A stretch of DNA of 64,000 bases from sequence record NZ_CP082905.1; one strand, 5' to 3'. The stretch is from a plasmid. The position numbers were made by a program, and so were the translations under genes. Each line of letters starts with the position of its first letter. Position 1 is the stretch's first letter. A model generated the notes under the pieces. It saw nothing but the letters and a program-made list of their open reading frames with translations. It made no database searches and had not been told where the DNA came from. Below are positions 51,019 through 60,026 of the stretch, piece after piece.

Positions 51019-54000
51019 CTACTCCAGCGTTTTTTGGGGTTTATGGCCAAACTCCGGCTCGGGTTCGCTGCGCTCATGGCGCATGACGTTTACTCCATCG
51101 TTCATCATCGTGGCGCGGTCTTCCCGCTCCGGCGACAGGTGATAGTCGCGGTAATCGAATGCCTCCTCTTCACGCAGCTCTTCCAGTGCCGCCGCAAGCG
51201 CAGCCTCGCGTTCGCTGTCCCTGTCATCCGGTGCGCTCCGCGCCTCATCGGGCATGACGGGTTCCGGCTCTTTCTCCTCCTGCTCCTGTGCCGCTTTAAC
51301 GGCTTTCTCCAGCGCCTCGGCCTCGCGACGATCCAGCTCCTCACCCCCCGACTCTGCAGCTGCCGGCGCATTCCTGTCATCGTGACGCTCACTGTGTTCA
51401 GCCGCGAGCACCACCGGGCTGTCCGGGTTGTCCTTCATCAGCTGCAGCGCCTCAGCAATATCCGCGGCTTCCAGCACCTTTCCGTGCTTTTCCCCACGCT
51501 GCAGCACGATGCGGCTGCCGTCCGCTGCCCCTTCATAGTGAGCGGCAGAAAAATCCACTTCCCCGCTTGAGGGCGAAACGGGAACGTGCCAGTTGCCCCG
51601 CTGTCTTCCGTGCTCGTTAATAACCGGCCAGAGCATCTCCGGCGTTTTACCCGCCATAAACCGCGCATCCGCCGTCAGGTCCTGGTCAACCCGGTCCGCC
51701 AGTCGCGTCCCGGACACCGGCAGGCTTTTCTCCCATGCCTGCACCTCCCGTCCCGCACGCACGTCCTCCGCCCGCATCAGCACGTCGTGCACCGTCTGGC
51801 GCCGCCCGCTTTTGCTTTCAACCCGGTCGGCCCAGCCGGACAGGTTGTCGAAGTAGGTCTGAACGTGTTCTTTTGCCCTTGAGAGCTGCACATAGGTGCT
51901 GTCCAGGGCGGCCATCATTTTGCGCGCCCCCTCTTCCCCGAACAGGCCAATCAGGTATTTTACTGACGCGCCCTGCGAGCTGTAGGTGGTGACGCCGTAG
52001 CCGTAGTCCAGATGACGGTCGGCGTAACGCGCGGCCGGCTCAAATGACAGCTGACGGTCGCCGGTATCAAGCGTGATTTTTCCGTCCGCCGCAATGCCTG
52101 ACACCACGGCCATGTCGCTGGCGCGCAGGTTGCGGTCGCGGTCGGTGGCCGTCAGGCGGATTTTTTCACCGGGGCTGATTTCCCTCGTCACCTCCTCAAA
52201 TACCGCCACCTCTTCCTTGCGCAGTTCGGCAGGTCTGACCCAGCGGTCAGCGGCTCCGTCAAGCCCGGCCATGCGCACCACGCCGCTTTCTGCGTCTGTT
52301 TTGCCGATCCGGTAATACTGTTCGCCCCGCTTAACCACTTTCCCCTCCTGCTCTTCCCAGAACGCCTGCCGCCCGAGGTCGGCATTACTGTTATTAATGC
52401 GCATCAGCAGCGGCAGCGTGACACCGTCACCCAGCGTGCCCTGCTCCCGAAGGCGCGCATGCACCGCCTCATTTATGGCCTGGCGATCGGCATTGAGCTC
52501 CGTCACGATAAGCGTGTTGTCACGCGCCTCCGCCGTGCGCCCGCTGTAATCGTCCGCAATAAGGCCGATGAGGTCCGGGCCCGTTTTCTCATCCGGACCG
52601 GTCTCCTCTTTTTCCATTTTGCTGCCGTCCATCGTGCTGCTTTCCGGCACGTAGGCGCCCGGCTGGCGCGGCACGCTCTGCGGGCTGGTTTCGGCCGTTA
52701 TCCGTACCGCCTCACGCACGTTGCCGGCAATAACGGCCTCCACGGCAGGCTTCAGCGCGGGGATCTGACGCACGATTTCCTTCATCACCGCGACATCGGC
52801 CGCGCTGCGTTCAAGCGCCAGTGCAAAGGGCGCACCGGACTCCAGCGATTTCAGCTGGTCCTGGTCACCGCTCAGAACGGCGCGGCCGCCGCCTTCGGCG
52901 ATCACGTTCATCAGCGAGGCCATCTGGGCGTTGCCGTTCATGGACGATTCATCGATGACAAAGAGGGTGTTTCGGAAGTCACGCGCCTGCCCGGCGGCCT
53001 GCCACTGGCTGCTTTCGCTGAGAAAGCTGGCGATGGTCTGCGAAGGAATGCCCGCGTCGGAAAGTTCACTGACGGCGCGGTGCGTGGGTGCCAGGCCGCG
53101 AATTTCCGGGCCGTCCGCCACGGCTGCCAGCGCCGCCGCCACGGTGCGGTACTGCGTGGTTTTCCCCACCCCGGCGTAACCCTGGATGGCGGTGAAGCGG
53201 TCGCGCGTGGTCAGGATAAGGTTGCCCGCCCCGCGCTGCCCCTCCGTCAGGCCAGCCGCGTTCTCCTCACTCAGCCCCCCTGTCAGCAGCGGCTTCACGC
53301 TGTTTTTTCCTTCGGCGACGTGGCGCAGGATAGATACTTCGTTTTCAAAGTTTTCGCGCGAGATGTATCTGCCTGCCGCGCCCTGCTCCGCGCTGAGTTC
53401 AAAAATCTCGCCGCGCTGCACCAGGCGTGACAGCTCCTCCTGCGCACGATCGGGGGTTATGCTGCGGTCTGTACTGATAACGTTAGCCAGCACCCGGACC
53501 CCCGTGAACGTGACGTCCGTGCCGGCGGCTTTCTCAATGGCCAGGCGCATTACGCGCTCCGGCTGCGACATCCTGCGCGATTCCAGCTCGCGCAGCGCGT
53601 CGGTCAGGTCGCTTTCGCCCGAGAGCGACTTAATGCCCTGCGTCACGCTCACCACCGGGCGGTTTTCCTCCAGCCGGCGGCCGATGGTGACCTCGTCCAG
53701 CGGGGTGAAGGCGATGACATTTGAGCCGCTGCGGCGCAGCATGTTGACGGTCGCGTCGTTCACTTCTTTGCCCGCCAGCACCGCCACCACGCTGCCCTCC
53801 GTGCGCCGCGTGGCACCAAAGGACTCTGTATAGGCGTAATCGGCGTACAGCGGCGCGTTGCGGTCCAGCTTCACGCGCTCGCCTTTTGCGTTTTCCATCA
53901 GGATGACGTCCTTAAACAGCCAGCGTCCCTCTTTCACACCGGTGACGGTCAGCCGCTCGCCGCTGCCGGCACGGCTGCCGAGCTCAGCCGTGGCGCGCAG

Positions 54001-56139
54001 CTGCTCGCCCTCTCGCAGCTCCAGCTTTTTCTCCCGGAACAGCCGGTAATGGCTGTCAATGCTGCTGATGCTGATCCCATGTTTCTGGCCCTTTTCGTCC
54101 GACACCGTCAGCAGGTTGTGACGCTCGCTGACGCCGGTAATGGTAAAAACCGACTTCTGCCCCGGCCCCTCGTGCTGCTCCAGCACCATGCCCGCGCGGT
54201 ACACGCTGCGGTCGTTGCGGTTGGTGGCGTCCAGCCACACCGGCACCCGTACCGTGGCCTCACCCAGTACCCGTCCGAGCTGGCCCTCATCGGTCAGGAT
54301 TTCCCGGGTGCGGGCCGTGAGCTGGTCGCGCGTGCGCGCGTTGCCCGCCTGCAGCGATACCGGACGCCCCAGCGCCTTTTCCTGGGCGTAGTAGCGCGCC
54401 GCCACGCTGAGCCGGTCTTCTACCGTGTCCTTCTGCACCATCGTCACGCGTACGTTTTCGGTTTTCGGGGTGGCGGTGAACTGCTTCACGCCCGCGCTGC
54501 TCAGCACTTCGGACGCAAAGCCCGCCGTTCGCCTGGCGTGCGTGTCGGTCACAAGCGTGGTGCCCTCCTGCTGCGCGGCCGCTTTCAGCACGTCGTGCAG
54601 CCCGGAGGTATTAAACCGCTCAGCCTCCGCGACCAGCACCAGCGGACGTGCCGGCAGCTCAGCGGTTTTCATCTCCTCCGCCGTCATAAGCATCACACCG
54701 GGTTTATCCCCGAAGGTGGCCTGCTGGCGCTTTCGCGCAGCTCCGTCGGCCGCCACCACGATTAACGGACGTTTGTTTTCGCCGGCCATCGCCATGATGC
54801 TGCGGTTCAGATCGCTGATGAACTGCGTGCCGCCGCGCACATCGATGAGCGACACGGCACGATCGCCGTCAGCCACCTGCACCAGCACGCCCTTTTCTCC
54901 CGCCAGTGCCAGAAGCCCGCCGCGTTTCTCCGCAAGACCTGCGGCCAGCTGCGCCAGGCGCGCCTCGTCGCGGACGTGGGCTGCGGTGGTGAACAGCGTC
55001 TGGTTCTTGTCCACGGCGATCAGCTGACCGCGCCCGATGGCATTATCAATGGCACTGCGGGCCTGACCGTACACACCCGGCTCAACCGGGACGTGATTCA
55101 GCACGCTCGTCATCACGTCGTCGTAGGTCACGCGCACGCTTTTTGAGGACAGGCGATCAATCGCCTCGCGCACCGCACCGTCCAGCAAGGAAGGTGTGGC
55201 CACCTTTTTCTCTTCATTGGCGCTTTTTGCCTCCAGCGTCTGGCGGCGCGCCGCCACTTCCTGCCTGAACGTCTCCGCATCAAAACCGGTACCCTTCAGC
55301 ACTGACTGCCAGTGTTCGCGCAGCGTTTCGGGATCTTCAAAATGTTTGGCCTGCCGGGAGTCGAGCGCAGCCATGCTCTTTTGCTTCGCCGTGGCGTTCT
55401 CGCCGACCAGATCGACTATCTCTTGGCGGCGCGAGGAAAACGGCTTTACCGGCACGCCGGTGATGTCCCATTCGCCGCGCGGGCCGGTGTCTTCCGTCTG
55501 GTAGCCCGCCGGCTCAATAATGGAACGGAAATGGCCGCGATAGAGCGCGCCGATGCTGACCTGCTCGTTCCACACCACGTCGGTAAAGCCCTGTTTGCCG
55601 TTGATATCGGTGGAAAGGGTTTTCCAGCCGTTTTCCGAGAGCGTGGCGTTGGCAATGACCGCGTGCGTGTGCATCGCCGGGTCCAGGTTGCGGCTGGTAT
55701 CGTGCATGAAGGTGGCAATTACCAGATTGCCGGTTTTCTCCATTTCGGTGATGCCGTCGGTCATGGTGCGCGTGGTGGCCAGCTTCTCCACCTCGTCCAG
55801 CGTGCGCCGCACCGCCTCTTTATGGGCATCCACCAGGAAGGTATCGCCGGTTACCAGCGCCAGTACCGACGCGCTTTTGGGCGCCGAGAACGTCAGGTCA
55901 TAGCCCGGGCGGTGTTTATTAATCCCGCCCTCCATGCGACGCATGTCAGTGCCGTCCGGCAGCTGACCTTCCAGCACCGCCACGAAAGTATCGCGGTTTA
56001 CCGGGCCTTCCAGGCCCAGGTTTTCCGCACCGGTGCCGTACCACTCCGTGGACTGCTCGCCGAGAAAGTAATAGTTATCTTCACTGGTATAGTAGGCGCC
56101 GGCCTTGCCGGCGTTTTTGACTGAAGAGACTGACAGCAT
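51019..56139 (-). CDS. traI: Conjugative relaxase/helicase TraI (MobF)
   Basis: 1706 aa; N-terminal relaxase YY motif (AGKAGAYYTSEDNYY), HUH motif (HTHAV), two helicase P-loops (GYAGVGKTT). Confidence 0.97.
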   Translation of the reverse strand: MLSVSSVKNAGKAGAYYTSEDNYYFLGEQSTEWYGTGAENLGLEGPVNRDTFVAVLEGQLPDGTDMRRMEGGINKHRPGYDLTFSAPKSASVLALVTGDTFLVDAHKEAVRRTLDEVEKLATTRTMTDGITEMEKTGNLVIATFMHDTSRNLDPAMHTHAVIANATLSENGWKTLSTDINGKQGFTDVVWNEQVSIGALYRGHFRSIIEPAGYQTEDTGPRGEWDITGVPVKPFSSRRQEIVDLVGENATAKQKSMAALDSRQAKHFEDPETLREHWQSVLKGTGFDAETFRQEVAARRQTLEAKSANEEKKVATPSLLDGAVREAIDRLSSKSVRVTYDDVMTSVLNHVPVEPGVYGQARSAIDNAIGRGQLIAVDKNQTLFTTAAHVRDEARLAQLAAGLAEKRGGLLALAGEKGVLVQVADGDRAVSLIDVRGGTQFISDLNRSIMAMAGENKRPLIVVAADGAARKRQQATFGDKPGVMLMTAEEMKTAELPARPLVLVAEAERFNTSGLHDVLKAAAQQEGTTLVTDTHARRTAGFASEVLSSAGVKQFTATPKTENVRVTMVQKDTVEDRLSVAARYYAQEKALGRPVSLQAGNARTRDQLTARTREILTDEGQLGRVLGEATVRVPVWLDATNRNDRSVYRAGMVLEQHEGPGQKSVFTITGVSERHNLLTVSDEKGQKHGISISSIDSHYRLFREKKLELREGEQLRATAELGSRAGSGERLTVTGVKEGRWLFKDVILMENAKGERVKLDRNAPLYADYAYTESFGATRRTEGSVVAVLAGKEVNDATVNMLRRSGSNVIAFTPLDEVTIGRRLEENRPVVSVTQGIKSLSGESDLTDALRELESRRMSQPERVMRLAIEKAAGTDVTFTGVRVLANVISTDRSITPDRAQEELSRLVQRGEIFELSAEQGAAGRYISRENFENEVSILRHVAEGKNSVKPLLTGGLSEENAAGLTEGQRGAGNLILTTRDRFTAIQGYAGVGKTTQYRTVAAALAAVADGPEIRGLAPTHRAVSELSDAGIPSQTIASFLSESSQWQAAGQARDFRNTLFVIDESSMNGNAQMASLMNVIAEGGGRAVLSGDQDQLKSLESGAPFALALERSAADVAVMKEIVRQIPALKPAVEAVIAGNVREAVRITAETSPQSVPRQPGAYVPESSTMDGSKMEKEETGPDEKTGPDLIGLIADDYSGRTAEARDNTLIVTELNADRQAINEAVHARLREQGTLGDGVTLPLLMRINNSNADLGRQAFWEEQEGKVVKRGEQYYRIGKTDAESGVVRMAGLDGAADRWVRPAELRKEEVAVFEEVTREISPGEKIRLTATDRDRNLRASDMAVVSGIAADGKITLDTGDRQLSFEPAARYADRHLDYGYGVTTYSSQGASVKYLIGLFGEEGARKMMAALDSTYVQLSRAKEHVQTYFDNLSGWADRVESKSGRRQTVHDVLMRAEDVRAGREVQAWEKSLPVSGTRLADRVDQDLTADARFMAGKTPEMLWPVINEHGRQRGNWHVPVSPSSGEVDFSAAHYEGAADGSRIVLQRGEKHGKVLEAADIAEALQLMKDNPDSPVVLAAEHSERHDDRNAPAAAESGGEELDRREAEALEKAVKAAQEQEEKEPEPVMPDEARSAPDDRDSEREAALAAALEELREEEAFDYRDYHLSPEREDRATMMNDGVNVMRHERSEPEPEFGHKPQKTLE

Positions 56140-56147
56140 GATTCACC

Positions 56148-58307
56148 TCAGTTGCGGTCCAGACCAAAATCCGCGTGTTTATGTTTAACCACATCCATAA
56201 CCTGCAGCGGCCGCTCAGTTTCGCGCTCTGAAACCGGTGCTGGCGCAGGGCTGTCGGCTGCAGGAGCACGTGTGGGATCAGCAACAGGCGGCGGTAAGGC
56301 GGTAACCCGGCCGCCCTTCTCGTCCGGCGCTGACTGCGCTGAGGCCGTTTCGGCGGCGTTTGTCGCGCTTTCAGCCGGCGCCGCTGCGCTCTGCGCTCCC
56401 GCTGCGGCCTGAGCGCTTTCGGCTCCCTGCTCGTCTGCAGCGGTTGCTGCCGCGTCGCCAAACAGCCTGCCCACAATCTGGCCCGCCTGGTCATCGCTGG
56501 TTTCGCCCGCCAGCGTCGCCTCGATGTCCGGGTCAAACACATCTTCCACATCGCGGGGAATACGCCCCTCAGCGATTTCGCGGTAGGCTCTCCAGGTTAG
56601 CTTCATGCGCACCACCGGCCACTCGCCCGGCAGAGTGATGTAGCACTCAAGGTCATTAAGGCTCTGCACGTCGGAATAGCTGACCAGGAACTCGTTCACC
56701 TCGTCTTTGGAGAACTGCACGCCGTCGCGAATGATGTCGATGCCGTAGCTGTACTGGTCCTTGAACTTCTTATGGCGCTGCTCGCCAATCTCCTTCTGTA
56801 CCCAGTCCGCAATCGAGCCACTGGGCGCACGGTAAAAGACGCGGGTGTTCAGCAGGTCCCAGATCGATTTAGCCGCATTGGTACCGTACGTCTCTTCCAG
56901 CTGCGGGAAGTTCTGCAGGCCGGCGACGGTACAGCCGCCGAACTTACGGCCCTCGGCGCAGAACTCCGGCAGAATGGGCAGTTTGTGCAGGGACGGCAGC
57001 TCGTCCAGGAAGATCCAGATGCGACGATTGCGGTCGGCCTTCAGGCCGAGAATGCCGGACATGGTCATATAGAGCCACGCGCTCAGTAGCGGCTTCAGCG
57101 CATTGTGGTTCTGGCCGTCGCTGGAGATAAAAATCCACGGATTGACGCCGCTTGCGTCTTCGGTGTGCAGCCAGTCGCGGATGTTAAACGGACGGCGCCC
57201 GCCCTGATCGAGCCCCTGCAGGTAACGCAGCGAGCGAACGTAGGTGGTGAGAATGGTGCGGATGGTCATCGCGGTTTTCTCGATGCTGCCGTCCACCAGG
57301 TTCGCCGCGTCTGTGCCTTCCAGGAACTGGCGCAGGTCCGCCAGGCTGATGGACATCAGCTTTTTCAGCAGCTCACCGATGCTGCGGTTCTTTTCGCGAG
57401 CCATGCGCCGGGCGGTGGCCACAAACAGCGAACGGGCCGACAGCACCCAGAACGGATCACTGCTGCCGCTGCTGTCGGGCAACAGCGAGGTGGCGAAGTT
57501 TTCAAAGTCGCCCACCGTCCGGCACTCTTCCCAGAGGTCCCACGGTGCGCAGCGCGCATCGAACGGGTTGAGAATGAGATCTTTATCCTGACGGTAAAAC
57601 GTCGGGATAAAGTTATTGCCTTTGTCGTACACGATGACGCGATCGCCGCGCTCGCGAAGCTGGCGCAGAAGGTCGTTAAGCGCGGTACTCTTGCCCGACC
57701 CGACGGTACCGTGCAGGCCAAAATTCTGCATCTCGGAGTCTTTCAGGATATGCAGACCGCAGATGCTGAGCGGGGACATCACGCCGGCCTTTCTGAGCAG
57801 ACGATTCACGACAGCAGGACTTGTCGCGAGAATACGGCCGCCGGTAAGCTCGCTCTCGCGCTGTTTAGCACCTTTGTTGCCCAGAAACCAGGTGATGGCC
57901 ATAATGGCGGCGACGAAGGAGAACGCCGCAATGCCCCAGCCGTAAAACGCCGTGTCCTTGACGTGCTGGCCCATGAGCACAAAGTACGGATCGTTCATCA
58001 CCTGCAGCGCCGTGTGTTTAAACGCCACCACCTCGCCGTTTGGCCGCTCAAAGTGAAAGGTCCAGCCGGACTGAGAGGGTCTGCCGGAGAGCTTCGACAG
58101 CGGCATGATGAACCACTTAATCAGCCAGTAGGCGCTGCCGTGAATGAACTCCTGCAGCGTGAGCCGCAGGAGCATCCAAGAAAAGAATATCAGCACAGAA
58201 AAGAGCACAACCCAGTAGGAGGCGATATTCATGATCTGCACAAACATGCCGATCATGTATTTCATCACCTGGCCGCCCTGGGTGAAGTCGCGGGCGTTGA
58301 GGCTCAT
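56148..58307 (-). CDS. traD: Type IV coupling protein TraD
   Basis: MSLNARDFTQGGQ...; Walker A GTVGSGKS; acidic Gln-rich C-terminal tail. Confidence 0.97.
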   Translation of the reverse strand: MSLNARDFTQGGQVMKYMIGMFVQIMNIASYWVVLFSVLIFFSWMLLRLTLQEFIHGSAYWLIKWFIMPLSKLSGRPSQSGWTFHFERPNGEVVAFKHTALQVMNDPYFVLMGQHVKDTAFYGWGIAAFSFVAAIMAITWFLGNKGAKQRESELTGGRILATSPAVVNRLLRKAGVMSPLSICGLHILKDSEMQNFGLHGTVGSGKSTALNDLLRQLRERGDRVIVYDKGNNFIPTFYRQDKDLILNPFDARCAPWDLWEECRTVGDFENFATSLLPDSSGSSDPFWVLSARSLFVATARRMAREKNRSIGELLKKLMSISLADLRQFLEGTDAANLVDGSIEKTAMTIRTILTTYVRSLRYLQGLDQGGRRPFNIRDWLHTEDASGVNPWIFISSDGQNHNALKPLLSAWLYMTMSGILGLKADRNRRIWIFLDELPSLHKLPILPEFCAEGRKFGGCTVAGLQNFPQLEETYGTNAAKSIWDLLNTRVFYRAPSGSIADWVQKEIGEQRHKKFKDQYSYGIDIIRDGVQFSKDEVNEFLVSYSDVQSLNDLECYITLPGEWPVVRMKLTWRAYREIAEGRIPRDVEDVFDPDIEATLAGETSDDQAGQIVGRLFGDAAATAADEQGAESAQAAAGAQSAAAPAESATNAAETASAQSAPDEKGGRVTALPPPVADPTRAPAADSPAPAPVSERETERPLQVMDVVKHKHADFGLDRN

Positions 58308-58480
58308 TGAAAATCCTTTATGTGGAAACAGTGGTAAACGTGCAGAGCTGCGGACAGGCGTATGCCAGGCAGGTAGCTGCGCGGGGTTTAATTACGGTGT
58401 GAACGTGCCCTGCTGGGCTGACGTGATATTCCGCCTCCTCCGCCAGACGCAGGGCGCGTCAGGCTGTGCGGCGGGCGGTC

Positions 58481-59398
58481 TCAGCGGTCTGAAACCTGAA
58501 ACAGCGGCTGGTTAATCTGGTACTCGACAAACTGCTTTTCGGCGCCAGAAAGGGCGCGAAAATGCGCGGAAAAACGACGGATACAGTTCATCAGGTTAGT
58601 GGTATTGGTAAAAAACACCGGGCATACCGCGCGAACTTCCTGCAGCACGGGCTGAATGATCGACGTAAACGCATCGAGCTCCCCGGTTTCTTTCATGTCG
58701 CTTTCGATAAGCTCTTCATGCTCTGTAACCGGACACACCGTCACGCCCGGATAGGCGTAAAGCACACGCAGCGTGTCCGCGTAGTCGCGTACTTTGCAGT
58801 CAAAGGCGTCTTCCAGCGCCGGCAGGCGGTTGTTGCTTCTGGCAGGCGAAAGCAGCCGTTCAGGCTCCACGGTCGCGGCAGTATAGTATTCGGTCTGCTG
58901 CCGGATAATCCCGGCCGGGTCTGCGCGACGCCAGATAGCCGGTTCACGTACAGACGGCCTGTCGCCGGCATTCACGGTCAGGCGAGGCTGACAGGATGCG
59001 GGTATCCAGTTTTTCGTGAGGTCGGGAGCCTTATCCCGGAACGGCGTATTCCGGACGCCACTCCAGAGATGAATGACGTCCGTTGCCGCATCGTCTGCAC
59101 CCACGATGTGCATATGTACCCGGTGCAAAGACACATCGCCCTGCACGAACCAGCGGGTAATTACGGTAATATCCGTTACGTAAGTGTCCGTATTCAGCAG
59201 AATGCCGTGAATGGCCTTACGGCCTTTTTTACGGCAGACATAATGCAGGCGCTTATTTGGCGACGGGAACCGAACGGTAATATCTCTTTCAGCCTGCAGA
59301 TGCAAACCCAGCTCAGGAATTTCGACATCAATTAAATCAACAGAGATATTTGAGTAGTTAAGAAAAAAAGAGGGGGTCAGATGAATTAGCATTATCAC
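58481..59398 (-). CDS. Hypothetical cytoplasmic-looking protein (305 aa) occupying the position where traT normally lies
   Basis: No signal peptide or lipobox (not TraT-like); protein-like composition; the antisense ORF is Arg/Gly-rich and looks spurious. Confidence 0.5.
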   Translation of the reverse strand: MIMLIHLTPSFFLNYSNISVDLIDVEIPELGLHLQAERDITVRFPSPNKRLHYVCRKKGRKAIHGILLNTDTYVTDITVITRWFVQGDVSLHRVHMHIVGADDAATDVIHLWSGVRNTPFRDKAPDLTKNWIPASCQPRLTVNAGDRPSVREPAIWRRADPAGIIRQQTEYYTAATVEPERLLSPARSNNRLPALEDAFDCKVRDYADTLRVLYAYPGVTVCPVTEHEELIESDMKETGELDAFTSIIQPVLQEVRAVCPVFFTNTTNLMNCIRRFSAHFRALSGAEKQFVEYQINQPLFQVSDR

Positions 59399-59464
59399 CT
59401 CAAATCTTTAATTAAAGAAACATTGCCCGCCATTTTATGACGGGCCTAACGTGAAGATGGGCAA

Positions 59465-59998
59465 TTATCGATTTAAATTATCTTTTGCGGCGCTTAAAAC
59501 ACCAAATAAACCAGCCAACTGAAAGCGGGATATATCAAAATTAAAAGCGAGTGCAATAATCACTGTGGATAACAGAGATATACCTGCTAATGCTATGATA
59601 TTTAATATTGAAAAGACAGAAACCAACCCAGCCACAACTATGGCAGCAACCCAAACCAGATAGTAAACCTTTACTTTTTTGGTATAGATTCTCACTATCT
59701 CATACCTTTGCCCGGCGTCTTTAGGGAGCATGGAAAAAATCCGCCCATACCCACTCATAAATAAAGTAATAAATACCCAAAAAAATATTGATATTACCCC
59801 AACACCCTGCCAAACCGTCTTAATGTACACATCGGTGTATATACAAGCAATGTAAAAGCAGAAATATATCAACGCAGGTAATAGTCCACCCTTAATGCTT
59901 TGAAAAACACCTGGAACTACCGAATTTGACCTGGCAAGCTCTTCCGAGATTTGCCTCACCTCAAGTTTAATTTGATTATATGTGATACTCATACTCAA
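59465..59998 (-). CDS. traS: TraS-like entry-exclusion inner-membrane protein
   Basis: AT-rich, 177 aa, four predicted TM segments, immediately downstream of traG as in F. Confidence 0.6.
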   Translation of the reverse strand: MSMSITYNQIKLEVRQISEELARSNSVVPGVFQSIKGGLLPALIYFCFYIACIYTDVYIKTVWQGVGVISIFFWVFITLFMSGYGRIFSMLPKDAGQRYEIVRIYTKKVKVYYLVWVAAIVVAGLVSVFSILNIIALAGISLLSTVIIALAFNFDISRFQLAGLFGVLSAAKDNLNR

Positions 59999-60026
59999 AC
60001 CTCAATTTTAAATTAGTGACCATTGG

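Noticed and set aside
58562-59335. Plus-strand 257-aa ORF opposite the 305-aa gene
   Set aside because: It is Arg/Gly-rich with no start context. The minus-strand ORF is co-oriented with the tra operon and has a balanced composition.
58481-59398. Calling this gene traT
   Set aside because: No signal peptide or lipobox, and no similarity to the TraT sequence I recall.
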